From contig CAUYUJ010000304.1 of assembly GCA_963575745.1 (NCBI GenBank), positions 62,001-115,651 of the forward strand: a stretch of DNA of 53,651 nt. Direction: 5' to 3'. Position 1 is the stretch's first letter. The number at the start of each line of letters is the position of its first letter. This stretch comes from Prorocentrum cordatum (taxonomy: Eukaryota). Under the pieces are notes generated by a model, which made no database searches, had not been told where the DNA came from, and saw only the letters and a program-made list of their open reading frames with translations. The translations under genes were made by a program, and so were the position numbers. This document shows, in pieces, positions 37,101-49,927 of the stretch.

Positions 37101-39345
37101 GACCCCTCCTGTGGGGGAACCCTCCAAAACATCGTCCCCAGACCCCCCAGGCCCTCCAAGATAACCTGGAAGAGACCCCCTTCCCGAAATGAGACCCCCC
37201 TCACTTTATTGCGAAATCTGGAGTAGCAAATGACGAAGAGGAAGAGTTTGATTGGCATGCTGTAGCGCCATGATTTCGAATGGGCGCTGCAGGGAGAGGG
37301 GGGTGAGGGAGGAGGATGAGGAGGAGGAGAAGGATGATCAGGTCGGGAGGGATGATGAGAATTGGTAGGGGGGAGGAGGATGAGGAGAATGAGGAGGAGG
37401 AGGAGGAGGAAGAGGGGGAGGTTGAAGGCACGGCACAACCAAATGATCAGTGCGATACGCTGTAAGTACACTGCCACCATATGCAGCGCGGTCCTGAGTC
37501 ATGTGGAACCGCTCCATCCCTTCGATGGCGCCGTCGAACTCCTCATCGTTGGCCGTCCCGCTGCGAGTGGCAGTCAGCTGCTTCCCGCGGCCGAACTTCT
37601 TGACGTGCCGATCCTCCTTCGCCTGGTACTGCAGCCTCTTCGGGTTGTCGGGGTTGGGCCGCGTCTGTTGGCGTGCTTCATGTTTCAAATTGTTTCGATG
37701 CAGGCATGTCGACATCACGCCCGAATCACCCCATAAACTTCTTGGGTCGACAACCGACCGTACCTCGGGCCACTTCGGGCCACGCCAAACTGAACACCCA
37801 ACCAGCTGCAAACGATCGCGGTACAATGAAACCAAAAGAACACACTAGCGGTGGTTATGACGCAAAGCGTTGGAAACATACAGCGCATCAAAGCAATGCA
37901 AAAGGAAGAGAACAAAAACAAGCTGGCTTCACCAAGTCCTCCGCGATCATCTCCTCGCCCTCAGACTCCCCGAAGACCTCGAAGAACTGCTTCTTCGCGA
38001 GCCACTTGCTCTCGCGCGACATCTCCTCCGCCCAGTGGATCGTCGCGGTGACGGCCATGAACTTCTCCCCGAGCTGCGGGTCCATGCTGTAGGCGGCCAG
38101 CATCTTCGCCTTCGTCTCGTACTTGCTGGCGCCCGTGACCTTCCCCTCCTCGACCGCGCTCCACTGGCTCTGCGCCTCCTGGCTGGAGTTGCGGGCCGTC
38201 TTGAACCTGCCGTAGAGCGCCCTGGGAGAAGCTTGGTTCAAGACCAACAATGGCAGCCGTCTATCATATCCCCATTCGTCTACCCGCCGTGAGATGCGCC
38301 CAGTGGGCCTCGCAGCGGCAATGCTGCCACGACAGCGCCTTCCAACGCTCAAACCATGCATCGGCTGCCCATGAAACTAGAACATGCACCCCCAGTGAAA
38401 TTCTTAGTGACGTTTTTTGCACGCTGACAACCACTTCGGGAAAACGTGCATACCCGATCACGCAACGGCGGCAATACATCGATGGAGATGCAATCAACAC
38501 ACTGACGCTTCACGAGAAATGTGAAAAAGAGAAAGCGATGCCTGATCTCCGCTGGCGAGAAGATCTGCTTGACCGTCTCGAGGTCGGTGACGTCCCCGTG
38601 GTCGCTTGGAGCATTTTTTGAAATGCAACAAGGTCTGCAATCATGGCCCACGTTGTCTACAATGCCCTTGGCCCACCCATGATCCCGCTGCCTGTGTGTC
38701 TCTCGTGCTGCAACATCACCCTCGTCCTCGCCATCAACGCAAGAACGTTCTCACCATCATCCTCATCCTCATCCTCATCATCATCCTCATCATCCTGTGT
38801 CTCATCGTCGTTCTGCATGCGCACTTCTGCACAACACTAGTCCTCGTCGTCGGCGCGAGACCGAAAAACCAAACAAAAAAACATGGCTGTCCGAAAGATC
38901 TCCATCTTCTCGTCGGTGCTCTTGCCCTTGGTCGAGGCGAGGAGCTTATCCCTGCTCCACCTCGGGGCCGCAGTTATATGAACGGGCCACGACTCGCCAG
39001 CGCCACGGGGAGGAGGATGAGGAGGAGTTGGAACAGGGGGGGAGAGGGGGGGGATGAGGAGGAGGAGATGGGGGGGAGAATACGAGAAGGAGGCGGGCAC
39101 GATAGGTCAGGTGATGAGGGGTGGGGGGGAGCAGGGCGGCAGGCATGACAAGCCAGATTGGCATTAGGACGGTGGTCCATACCCTGTATGTTTTCACATG
39201 GCAATTGTGCCAGACACACCCGAACAAAATGCTGAGGTGGGGGTGGGCCGTGGTTTTTTTCCATCGGCCACTTCGCAGCCGAAGCCGATGCAGCTGCAGG
39301 ACGTCGCAGCACAGCATCTCCAGTGCGCTTCTGCTTCGGCGGCAT
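34187..39345 (-). CDS. Element gene B: multi-exon protein of unknown function (~370-395 aa; basic N-terminus, helical core, RG-repeat linker)
   Basis: Phase-consistent exons 39345-39272, 38960-38892, 38604-38542, 38221-37933, 37664-37510, 36818-36638, 35967-35857, optional 34979-34900 and 34348-34187. Donors are GT/GA/GC with AG acceptors; the last junction needs either a GG donor or the optional exon. Translation MPPKQKRTGDAVLRRPAA...SKWLAKKQFFEVFGESEGEEMI...RPNPDNPKRLQY...GRGRGRGRG...QISEPTDGQ*. Codons are GC3-rich. Confidence 0.7.
37044..37223. mobile_element. MITE family B copy (opposite orientation) in an intron of gene B
   Basis: Same TIRs with a perfect TA/TA TSD. Confidence 0.85.
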
Positions 39346-39694
39346 CGCAGCCCGAAAAGGAAAAAGGTCGGGCCCCTCGCCAGAAGAGAGATGCCTCGGA
39401 GCCTGGAGCGCGAAGCGAGGCGAGCATGGGATACTCACTAGTTTGGGATCACGCCACCAACTTGTTATTTACACAACGCTGACATCACATACAATCGCTG
39501 AATTCAAAACACCAAATTGCCGTTCAAAAATATGCGACTTAATCAGCTACGGTGTGTTAGCGTGTGTTATACATTGTCTGCTCAATGGTGTATTCCTGTG
39601 ACAGTTGACATGTTTGGGCTCAAACTATATCAAAACACACCGAAACATTACAGAACAATTGAAATTGAGAATGACCTGGCGCCAGGTCAGTGCA

Positions 39695-39845
39695 ATATCA
39701 TTGATCTGACAATGATCTGACGACAGACCATTGTCAGATGCATGGTCTGACAATGGTCTGACAATGCCTGACGCCAGGCATTGTCAGATCATTGTAAGAT
39801 CATCGATCTGACAATGATCTGACGTCAGATCATTGTCAGATCACC
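39695..39845. repeat. Internal cluster of the element's palindrome, including a perfect 38-bp palindrome at 39805-39842
   Basis: GATCTGACAATGATCTGACGTCAGATCATTGTCAGATC. Confidence 0.9.
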
Positions 39846-40686
39846 ATGTTCTGCTATATTTGAACCACCACTGCCTATAGCCTGAAACATGCTACAAATG
39901 TGATGGGGAACCAATCAAATTCATTCAATAAAATGTGACATACTATATCAACGACTCGCTGTTACGGTTACGTAGGTTGAATGATTATTGTAGCTGCTGA
40001 TCAAACCTACTCGAAAAATACATTACAAAACATAGAATGTCGTACATATTATTATCCAAACAGCGCTTGGCTAGTTCCCCAGACAGTGCTTGACACTGCA
40101 AAACATAACTCGCCAAACAGACTACATCGCAATATTGAACTGACGAACGTATCTTTCTCACAGATCTCTCGAACATCGATCGCTTGACTTCTTTGGCACG
40201 TTGTGACATTCAATCGGCCTGACTGGGCGAAGTGTGCTGGTGGTGCAACATAATGGTAGAACCTGGTATCCCCTCCTCAGATCCCCCTCCTCATTCTCAT
40301 CCTCCCTCCTTCCCCCTAAGCCTCCTCCTTACATCGAATAGCTGAGCTATGTCTTTACATCAAAACGCAATTCGAGACCGACAGAACATCGCAAATACCA
40401 CAGACCATATGCAGAGTTCGGCTCGTCTGATCATGACCTTCTGGCAGACAACGCGCCAGCGGCGAACGAGCGCACTGATAAGGGGCGGAGGGAGGGTGGA
40501 TATCCCCTGTCATTCTTCTGAGTCAAGCCCTCGCCCTCCTCCTCCTCCTCCTCCTCCCCCCATCACCCTTATCCTCATCGCCCCCCTCCGCGTCCTCATC
40601 GCGCGACTTCTAACGCAATAAATTCCGACGTCGCGCGCCGACCTTCCGACGCGCACGGCTCAAATTAATGGTGACATGTCTCGAGC

Positions 40687-40883
40687 TCGGGAGCGGCTAA
40701 GAGGGGGGTGTCCAAGAGGGGGGGGGGGTGCAAATCATGGCCGGCGGCATGCGCGCGGCCCAGCGGGGGGGCCAGGGACGTAATAAAACAAGAAGAGGCG
40801 CCACAAAATCTGTGGAAATATCATGGCCCGCGCCATGATATCCACCCCCCCCTAGTCATCACCCCCCTCTTTTCCGCCCCCGA
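40687..40883. mobile_element. MITE family A copy nested in the giant element
   Basis: Similar to 11658-11851 along its length; TSD CGAGC/CAAGC (4/5). Confidence 0.85.
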
Positions 40884-41737
40884 CAAGCGAAACGTTCATT
40901 TATTTAACAGCGATGGTTAATCGCGTCGGAAGAGGTTGCGAATATTTTGATTCAAACTCCTGGAGTTCGAATCTTGGCGGAGACATACTTCAGTAGTCGG
41001 GCCACGCATGTCAGCAGTGAGAAAGGAAGCAACGCACATTATTTCTTCCCTGAAGAAGTTGCTCATGCCCGACGATGCGTCAAACTGGGCGGATGCGCCC
41101 ACCAATGAGGCCGTGAGCGCGGCCTGTCGAACGGGGGTCCCCGCGGGCAACCGCGCATGGCCGCGTCTTGCTCCGCGAGACGGCGGATCGTGCAATCGAA
41201 TACTTGAGGTGCAAAAAAAAACGACCCTGCCCTGGGTTACAAGTGCCTGATCTGTGAACCCCCTGGGAACCCCCAAAGCCTAGAGCCGCCGGGACGCGGC
41301 GCATCACGCATGTTTTACCCTATCAGCCCACAGGAGTTTCAGCGCACAGCGCCTCGTAAACCAGGGTAGGTGCGTTGTTTTTATGCAGTTGAAATACATC
41401 GCTGTGCCTGCCCGATGACCCAGATGGCCCATCATCTGAAACCTTCGGATTTCGGTATGGGATTCATCTTTGGATGTCACTAGATTTAGGGAACTCCTGG
41501 GCAAGTCTCGGGCAAGCCTCAATCCGGCCTCGAGTTGGCCGACGCCAGAAACACACCATGCTTAGATTGTGACCTATTGCTGGCCCATGCCTAAAATGAA
41601 AACCTGGCTGGCATCTGAGCCAACCTCATCCCCGGGGACATAACTACCTGCGAAGCAACATCTTGCGAAGTGCAGCTGCCTCTGCCTAAGAGCAAACCTG
41701 GTGGGCGTCTGAGCCCACCCGGTCTCCTGGAACAAAA

Positions 41738-44700
41738 CTACTTGCGAAGCAGCCTCTTGCGAAGCGCAGCTGCTTCTGCCTTGTCCAGGCCCTTTCCCCT
41801 ACATGAAGCGTTCAACAACGCCTCGCGCACGCCTGCGTGGTCCTCTGTCTGGTTCTCATTGACCTCAATAAACAAGCGCGGTTTTGAAGTCTCTGGGTCC
41901 GTGTACGTCATGTACGTCTTCTTGCTGGCATAGACCATCTTGAGCAAGCCCAACGCGGGGTGCTCCAAGCTCCTGGGGCGGTCCCTCTTCTCGACGGCAG
42001 GCTTCGCCTTCTTCCTGGACTTGATCTCGGCCTCAAAGAAACAGCAAGAAAATATCGACTAATCAGTAACATATTGGTTTGAACGGCCCCCTCAATCAAG
42101 TTTAATTTTTGAATATGCTCAAATGCCGACGGGGGGAGAAGTGGGCCAGGGCGATGCATTTGAACATTACATCTTCAATGATACTAGCATGTGGTCGAGA
42201 CTGAGGGCGGCCAAACGTTTGCTGCATCACAAGGCTTTCCGAATATGTTGCCAAGTCAACTAATGATGCCCCCCTCCCCCTAACCCCACAACTCCCGCCT
42301 GATCTTTCGACGCACTCGCAAAACTTGGCCGCCCCTCCCTGCCAACTTGTCTCTCACTCTCTCGCCCTCCTCGTCCGCGTATCATCTATTCCCCCTGGGC
42401 TCAACCATTCTAAAGTGCGAACATGTCCTCGGCTTGTCTGAAATATCATTCTGCTTCCTCCCGTGACCCAACTGATCCCACAAGTGCCTTGAGCTCGCGC
42501 TTCTTCGGGTTCACAACCTTGGACGCCGCCGCCATGGCCAACAGCTCTGCCTCGTCATCTGATGACTGGTGGTCACCGCCGCCCTTCATCCACTTGGCCA
42601 AGTCCTCGGCGGCGGCAGGGGGGGGAGGGGGAGGGGGGGGGAGGAGCGTCGGTGGAGGGGATGAAGGTCGCCAGGGACGGAGACAGTGGGGGCGAAGGCG
42701 CACCAGGCACTCCAGATTTCGTAATAACGGGAGGGGGGTCTCATTTCGGGGGGGGGGGGGGGTCCTTTCCAGGCTATGTTGGAGGACCTGGGGGGTCTGG
42801 GGACGATGTTTTGGAGGGTCCCCCCACGGGGGTGGGTCTGAAATGGCTTGTCTTGGAGGGTCCAGACCCCCTCCCTTTTATTACGAAATCTGGAGTAACG
42901 ATGAGGTAATGAAAGTTGCAAAAGTTGATTGCTATGCATGGGCTTGATTGCTCGCGTTTGGCTACTTCCTCGTGCGATCATTGCATTGCATTCGCCTTGA
43001 TGCGAGCCAAGGTGAAGATCCAGGATGTATTTCAAAATCGGTGCCCATGGGCCACGCGCCTAAAACCTCCCCAGGACTGGCGCCGCCAATGGTTTTAAAT
43101 GTTTGATCGGGCTGGGGGCATAGCTTGTCCTAGCGAGAAAAAACGTGAACTCCCCCCAATGAGGCGGCACTGTCAACTTGCACCTTGGACAAGTGTCCCA
43201 CGTAATGGCGCTCATTCCAAACGGAATTGCATGCGCGAGTGTTTCGCTTCAAGCAACACTAACATTCGTCGAGGGCCCAGAAGATCCCAACCCAAGGGGG
43301 GGGCAACAAAACGGCACGACGCAAAGACACTCTGCGGATGATGGCATCGAAGGAGGAGGGCAGTTGAGGATGAGGGGGAGGAAGGGAAGGAGGGAGAGAT
43401 GGTGATGGTGATGATGATGATGATGATGATGATGATGGCGATGGTGATTATGGTATGTTCTAGGCTACCCCAAACAGCCTGTACATGATCTCACTATGAA
43501 TCTAGCTGGACTGCGCACCAGTAGCACAAAGTGGCGGGCCCAACAGGCGCCGTCCAGCCGACGAGGTTGCCGATGTCGCACCACCCATCGCACCGCCCAT
43601 CCGACGCACATCGTGCTCTAGTTCGTGGTCACCCCGAACTTCAACCAGAGCGCGAGCGCAGACATCTCCGCGTCGGAAATGTCGACCTGCGGCGAGCCCT
43701 CCGATGGAGACGAGCCACGGGAGATCGCCTCGGCCTTCCTAACCTTCTTGGCGGCTGGCTTCTTCGGCGTCGGGGTTCCCACGCTCTTGATCGAGTCGCT
43801 GGAACACGTCGTGCGCATGGAAGTGCACGAGATTCGCTGCGGCACGATAGGCGGCGCACTTGGGAGCGGCAGCGGCGGGAAAACTGAGATCTCTTCATTC
43901 TCCTTGACGCAGTCTGCGAAGAGAGCCTCATGCCGTTTCGCTGCTGCGCACATCCCCAGGGCGCGCGCCAGTCACGGGGTTGAGGGAGCACAGAGGTATG
44001 GAGATCGGCGCAGGGAGCGCAAGTTTGATTATCATCTATGAACCCGTGCCATTGTCGATCTTCAGACTCGGCCCCAGGACCACGAGACGCGTTCCAGTCG
44101 CGCCTCGAACCTAAACCGACCAAAACTTTAAAAAGCGTCGAGCCACCGTCCCAAACAACAAAACGAAACCACCTAACTTGCGCACCCTGCCCTTCCAAAC
44201 CTCTAAACTCGAGCCTCAATGCCGCGCTGCAGCGCGACTTGGGGATGCCTGGCGAAACAGCTAGGCAAACCTGGGGCGGCGTCAGCATCGTGATCGGGGT
44301 CGGGGTGTAGCCCTGGTAGCACTCCTCCGACGGCGACTTCGACTTGATCTTCGGCCTCTTCATCGGCGTGACCAGCGGTGGGGCCAGCGACTGCTCGTCC
44401 AGGGCTGCGTGCTGCACTGAGCGCTTGCTCGGAGCAGCCTTCGGCACCAGCTGGATGCTGGCGCATGGGGAGGCCGATTGCGCCTGCTCTCGCGGCGTCG
44501 CCTGCTCGACTGGGATGTGCCCAGCCTCGTCGGCCTGCTCCGCGGCCTCCAACTCACCGGGATCAGCGCCAACGATCTCGTTGTCTGACGCCGCCTCGAT
44601 CTCCTCCTTCACCGACAAAGACCAATCAACGTCTGATCCGCCCTCTTCGAGATGCTCCTGCGCGGCCGTGCCGCCCTCCTCGTCGGAAGGGCCCTGCTCG

Positions 44701-44870
44701 GCCGAGCCGCCGTCCTCGTCGGAGTCCAACCCGCACAGGTCGGAGCCCATGCCGAGGTGCTGCGCGTCGGCTGGAGCGGCCTGCCCGCGCCCCATGGCAA
44801 CGCGCGCGCCAGGCGCAGCCGCGGCGACCGCCGCCATGGCCGCAGGAGGTGTCACGCCCAGAGGAGACAT
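41738..44870 (-). CDS. Element gene C: acidic, low-complexity N-terminal part plus a compact C-terminal domain; function unknown
   Basis: Exons 44870-44271 (GT donor), 43926-~43630 (3' end uncertain), 42604-42488 (GC donor) and 42031-41738. C-terminus reads LGLLKMVYASKKTYMTYTDPETSKPRLFIEVNENQTEDH..RKRLLRK*. A relic SL lies 35 nt upstream of the ATG. Confidence 0.6.
42710..42895. mobile_element. MITE family B copy in an intron of gene C
   Basis: Same TIRs with CA/TA flanks. Confidence 0.85.
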
Positions 44871-44905
44871 CGTGACGGGCGGCAAAAGCCACAAAGGTCT
44901 CCGAC

Positions 44906-44927
44906 CTGAAGCCCAAATGGCTACAGA
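44906..44927 (-). other. Relic dinoflagellate spliced leader upstream of gene C
   Basis: Minus strand TCTGTAGCCATTTGGGCTTCAG matches DinoSL at 18/22. Confidence 0.75.
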
Positions 44928-45737
44928 TGCGAAACGGCGAGCGCCACACGGCGGGGGGGGGCTCAGAGATGACCCAAGATGTTTCCCACATGCCAAATAC
45001 GTTTCTGTGATGGCCACGGTGGCTCAAGATCATCTTGACCACATCGGCCATCTCAGCCAGACGCATCTTGAGTCAAGATGCGTCTGGATGAGATGGCCGA
45101 GATGTTTCCAGGGTGGCTCACTATGCTGAGGGAAGCGGATAGAGCGGCTCAAGATGCTTATGGGATAACCCAATATGACCAAAACAATGCTAGGAGCGCA
45201 AGACGAACTGCTTTTCTCACGCGAATGTGTCCAGGGCCCCAGGGTGGCGCAATGTTCGAACAACGGTGTCACAGACCTCAGATGGTGGAAAACGCTAGCG
45301 CCTGTGGGCGCCAGCATGGTTTCGGGCACTGTCCTGCACCCCCCCCGCCCCCCATCTCCCCCAACCCCACTGGGGGGGACGGGGAGCTGGGGGGGGGAAG
45401 GGGGGAGGGGGGGGGGGAAGGGAAGAAGGAATACGAGGAATAGGGTGACTAGGAGGAGAAGCTAGGGGTGAGGGGGAGAGGAGAAATATGCTGGGGGGGG
45501 AGCCAGCCCCCCTTGGACTGCCAGCCTGTGGACTGGGAGGGGGCGATTGGGGGCCGCGCTTCAGGCGCTCCCCCTGGCCCACCCCCACACGCGCACAAAC
45601 AACCCAAGTGAGGAGGCTGCTGCTCCTCCTCCTCATCCTTCTCCTCCTCCCCCTCCCTCCCTTTCCCCCCCCATCCCTCCTCTGTTCCTCCTCCTCATAT
45701 TCCTCCTACCCCTCATCCTCGTCATGCTAATCCACCC

Positions 45738-47077
45738 CTACCCCTCTCGTAAAGAAGGGAGTCGGGCATTGTCCTTCAGCTCGATCTCCGTGAACTCGGC
45801 TCGCGGTTCATCATGTGGAGCTTCTGGTTCATCACGTGGAGCCCTTGGTTCATCACGTGGAGCCCTTGGTTCATCACGTGGGGCCCTTGGTTCATCACGT
45901 GGGGCCCTTGGTTCATCACGTGGAGCGCGTGGTTCAGCACGTGGAGCTCTTGGTTCATCACGTAGAGCTTCTTGTTCATCACGTGGAGCTTCTGGTTCAT
46001 CACAACGAGCTTCTGGTTCATCACGGTCTGAACCATCATCGAGAGGAACTGGAACCCTCTCCTAAGATCGGCAGTCGGCGGAAGAGAAGGCGGCGGAGCG
46101 GATAGAGGGATGGGGAGGGGGGGGGGGGGGGGGGGGAGGGGGGGGGGAGGCGGCAGAGATGGGGAGGTGCGAGGGGGGAGGGGGGGGGGGGGGGGGAGGG
46201 GAGGGGGGGAGGGGAGGGGAGGGGGGGGGGTGGGGGGGGGGGGTGGGGGGGGGAAAGGGAGAAGAAAGGGCGGGGGCGGGCGAGAGAGAAGGGCGAGGAC
46301 GAGGCGATGGGAAGGGGGGCGCGGGAGAGGGGGGGGAGGGAGGGCGTGAGATATAACCCCCTGGCCACCATCGTCAATGTTGTTCGAACTGTCGGTGTCC
46401 AAGTCGCCCTCCCTCCTATCATCATCGCCATCAACATCATCAGCCGATCCTCCGCGCCCCTGTCATCCCACCCCCCCCCCTGTCGGGTCATTATTCTTAT
46501 TCCTCTACTGATCCTCCCGCCTCTGCCCCATGCATGTTGGAAGGGGAAACCAGCTCCTGCGACCTGAACAGCTCTGCGGAGCTCGCCCTCCGAGCCAGCG
46601 GGGTCGGGGTAGTGGGCGACCTGGCAGGCGCACTCGTGGCCCGTGGAGGCGGAGTCCTTTAGTAGGGGCGAAGGCGCCGAAACGAAGGGAGGAAGGCGGA
46701 TGGTGGAGGACACGATGAGAAACCGCAAGGGGGAGCAACTGAGGAGGAGGAGGAGCAGGATAGGGCAAAGCATGGGGCAAAAAAAAAAAGTATTTTTTAT
46801 TGAGGCGCGGAGGAGCCCTCCTCCTTCTTCCTCTCCTCCTGCTTCTCCTCCTCCCTCGCCACCCCCCCCCACCCCCCCCCCCCCCCCCCCTTTCCACCCC
46901 CCGAGCCCCCCCCCCCCCCCCCCCCCCCCCCCACCACCACCACCACCCCACCCCGCCCCCTTCATGTGCCCCCTCCTGTTTGCGCGGAGGAGCGCGAGGG
47001 TGGGCCCGGAGGGGGGTCGGGGTTGTGTGTGTGTGTTGGTGTGTTGTGTGTGTGTGTGTGGGTGTTGTTTGTGGGTG

Positions 47078-47167
<90 letters not shown>

Positions 47168-47315
47168 TGGGGGGGGGTGGGGAGGGGAGGGAGAGGGGGG
47201 GGGGGGGGGGGGGCGGGTCCCTCCTTACCCCTCCGCCTCCCCCTACCTCCTCCCCTTTCTCCTTCTCCTCCTCCTTCCTTCCCTCCTCCTCCTCCTCCTC
47301 CTCCTCCTCCTCACC

Positions 47316-47363
<48 letters not shown>

Positions 47364-49871
47364 CCCCCCCCCCCACTCCTCCTCCTCCCCTCTCCTCCTC
47401 CTCCATCGCTTCCCCGCGCGCGCCAGCCCTTTTCCGAATTCAAGCTCCATCCTCCGCATCTCCCTCATTATTCCCCTCCTTCTCTCCCCCTCCCCATCCC
47501 TCTTCCCGCCCCTCCTCCTCGCCCTCGCCCCCCTCACCCCACCCCACTCCCTCCCCCACCCCCACCCCTCCTCTCCAAGTCAAAGCTCCTGCCACCTCAT
47601 CCTCCCGTCCCTTAGAAGTTCTAACCTAGGCAACGTGAAGCACGCCCCCGATCCCCCTGCTGCCGTCCAACCTAGTCGCCTCCTCCTGCGGGCGGAATGG
47701 AGGGTGCGGGGCGTGTCCTCAGCATAGTGTTCTCGTCATCTGGGACACCCAGCATGTGCAGCACGTACATCAACCTCTCGGCCTCCCTGCGCAAGCAGCC
47801 TGCCAGGGCCTCGTTGGGAACTGGAGAAGTTAACGGCCTCCACCATCCTCCCTCCGCCCTCCTTCTTCCTCTCCCTACTTCCTCCTCTTCCCTATTCCTT
47901 CTCCATCTCCCTACCTCCGTCCCCACCCATCCCCGATCCTCTCACATCCAAGTTCATTCCTACTTATCCACCTCCTCCTCCACCTCCTCCTCCGTCTCCT
48001 CTCTCCCCTCCCACCCCCCCTCCCACCCTTCTGCCGTCGCCGTCGTTGACGCCGAAGTCGACGTCCTCATCGCCGAACTATCGCCATCGTGATCGTGGCC
48101 ATTTCGGGCACCCGAGTGCCTGCCGTCGCCTCGTCGGGTTGTCCCTGATGCGCCTGCAGTGTTTCAGCAGGCAGCTAATCTTGTCTGCGAAGCTCGACGC
48201 ACGCTTCACCAGCGGGCCAGGAGGCTCTCGCCCCACTGTGGGGTGCCTCGGAAAGGGGTGCAATAGGGCACCCCGCAGTCATTCCCCTGTCCTCACTGCG
48301 CTCCTCCTCCGTCCTCCGCCTCCTTCTCCTCCTCCTCATTCCCCCCTTCCTCCCCCCTCTTTCTCCTCCACCTCATCCCTCCGCCGCTTCCTTTTCATCA
48401 TTCCTCGCCACTCTGCGATCTGACGACCGTCTGACGTCAGACGATCGTCAGATCTGCATGTGTGATCTGACAACCGTCTGACGTCAGACGATTGTCAGAC
48501 ATGTGTGTGCGACCTGACAACCGTCTGACGTCAGACGATCGTCAGACATGAGTGTGCGATCTGACGAACGTCTGACGTCAGACGATCGTCAGATCTGCGT
48601 TTGCGACCTGACAACCGTCTGACGTCAGACGATCGCCAGATCTGAGTGTGCGATCTGACGACCGTTTGGCGTCTGACGATCGCCAGATCTGTGTTTGCGA
48701 CCTGACAACCGTCTGACGCGAGACGATCGTCAGATCCAGATTTGCGCCGCGACTACAGTCGATCGTCAGACGATCGAAGATGAGGTGATGAGGGGTGAGG
48801 ATTAGATTTCGAAACAGGAGGAGAGAGGATGGGACAAGCGGATCAGGAACGGAGGGAGGGGGGGGGGGGGGCGGAGCAGGAGGAGAGAAGGAGGAACCAA
48901 GAGAGATGAAGGAGGAGGAATACGTCTGCTGGAAAAAATCATGTTTTGAAAATCTCTGCTTCTCGTCATCCTCCTCTTCCTGATCTCATCCTTATCCTCC
49001 TCGTTCGCTGTCGGAGCCTCTGCAATGCCATCTCCATGGCAGCGCGGAGCTCGACGAAACTGATGTCCGCCTCGGGGCTAGCGTTCAGCAGGATCTCCAA
49101 CTGGGCGGATGCCCCTCCCCCCCCAAAAAAAAAAAAACAACAGCAACATGCTCCACTGTCTGGATTAATTTCAGGGCCCCCGGAGAGCTTTAGGGCACCG
49201 CGAAAATTCCAGAACCTTGGACCGCAGTTTTTTATGAAACAGTTTTCCAGGAGCCAAGATTCGCCGTCGGGCCCTGATTCCCCTGGAGGCAGTAACGCAT
49301 TCGCAGGCCCTCAAATCTGAAGACGCCTTGCGATGAGGGGGAGGAGGAGGAGGAGGCTGAGCAGAAACACGAGGCGGAGGAGGACGATAGAGCGGAGAAG
49401 GATGGAGGAGGAGGACGGGAGAAGGAGGAGGTCCCGCCCGAGGCTGATCCTCCTCATCATCATCACCATCATCATCATCAGCAGCAGCATGATCATTATC
49501 ATCATCATCATCATCACCATCATCATCACCATCATCATCACCATCACCATCATTATCACCATCATCATCAACAATCAGCTCTTATTGTTTTCCTGTCCGT
49601 CTTTCTGCTGCACTCCCGCTTCTCTCCTGATCCGCTTTCTCGCGCCTCCTCGCACGCTCTCCTCTCGCCCCCCCTCTCCCCCCCATGGGCAGCCAGCCAC
49701 CAAGCTGTCCAGCTGCGCAAGGCTCGGGCCATGCACGGCATGGTCTTTGTGGAGGTGGAAGTATTGGCCCAACCGAAACGCACCCCTCACCCCCTCGGAG
49801 TCTACGTACGAAAGGAGGGCCTGCCCGAGGGACGTCGGGTCACCGTCGCCCTCGAAGGGCGGGCAGGCCAT
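45738..49871 (-). CDS. Element gene D: helical N-terminal domain plus a 7-aa tandem-repeat tail; function unknown
   Basis: Phase-consistent exons 49871-49701, 49100-49018, 48246-48120, 47809-47718, 46620-46564 and a last exon starting at 46056 or 46061. Donors are GT, GC, GC, GA, GT. Translation MACPPFEGDGD...FRLGQY...LDSLLEILLNASP...LLKHCRRIRDNP.... A relic SL lies 56 nt upstream of the ATG. The 3' end and final frame are uncertain. Confidence 0.65.
45805..46025 (-). repeat. 21-bp coding-type tandem repeat (~10 units)
   Basis: GGTTCATCACGTGGAGCCCTT units; they encode (PRDEPRA)n or (LHVMNQG)n on the minus strand. Confidence 0.9.
48414..48781. repeat. 47-bp tandem array of palindromic units (TCTGAC..TCTGACGTCAGA..GTCAGA), 7 full plus 1 degenerate
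   Basis: Direct reading; same core as the giant element's subterminal palindromes. Confidence 0.9.
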
Positions 49872-49927
49872 GACTCGCTGGGGGGGGGTGAGGGGTGCGT
49901 GCTGGGCCTGGAGAGGGCGAGAAGGCC

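Noticed and set aside
40917..41522. Short ORFs between genes B and C
   Set aside because: No recognisable motif, codon bias or consistent splice pattern.
45010..45155. Plus-strand GGCTCAAG motifs as relic SLs
   Set aside because: Only partial matches within a locally repetitive, palindromic patch, with no convincing plus-strand gene downstream.
48414..48781. CRISPR-like array of palindromic repeats
   Set aside because: Inter-repeat segments are only ~10 bp and resemble each other, there are no cas genes, and the context is a eukaryotic intron. It is a 47-bp minisatellite.
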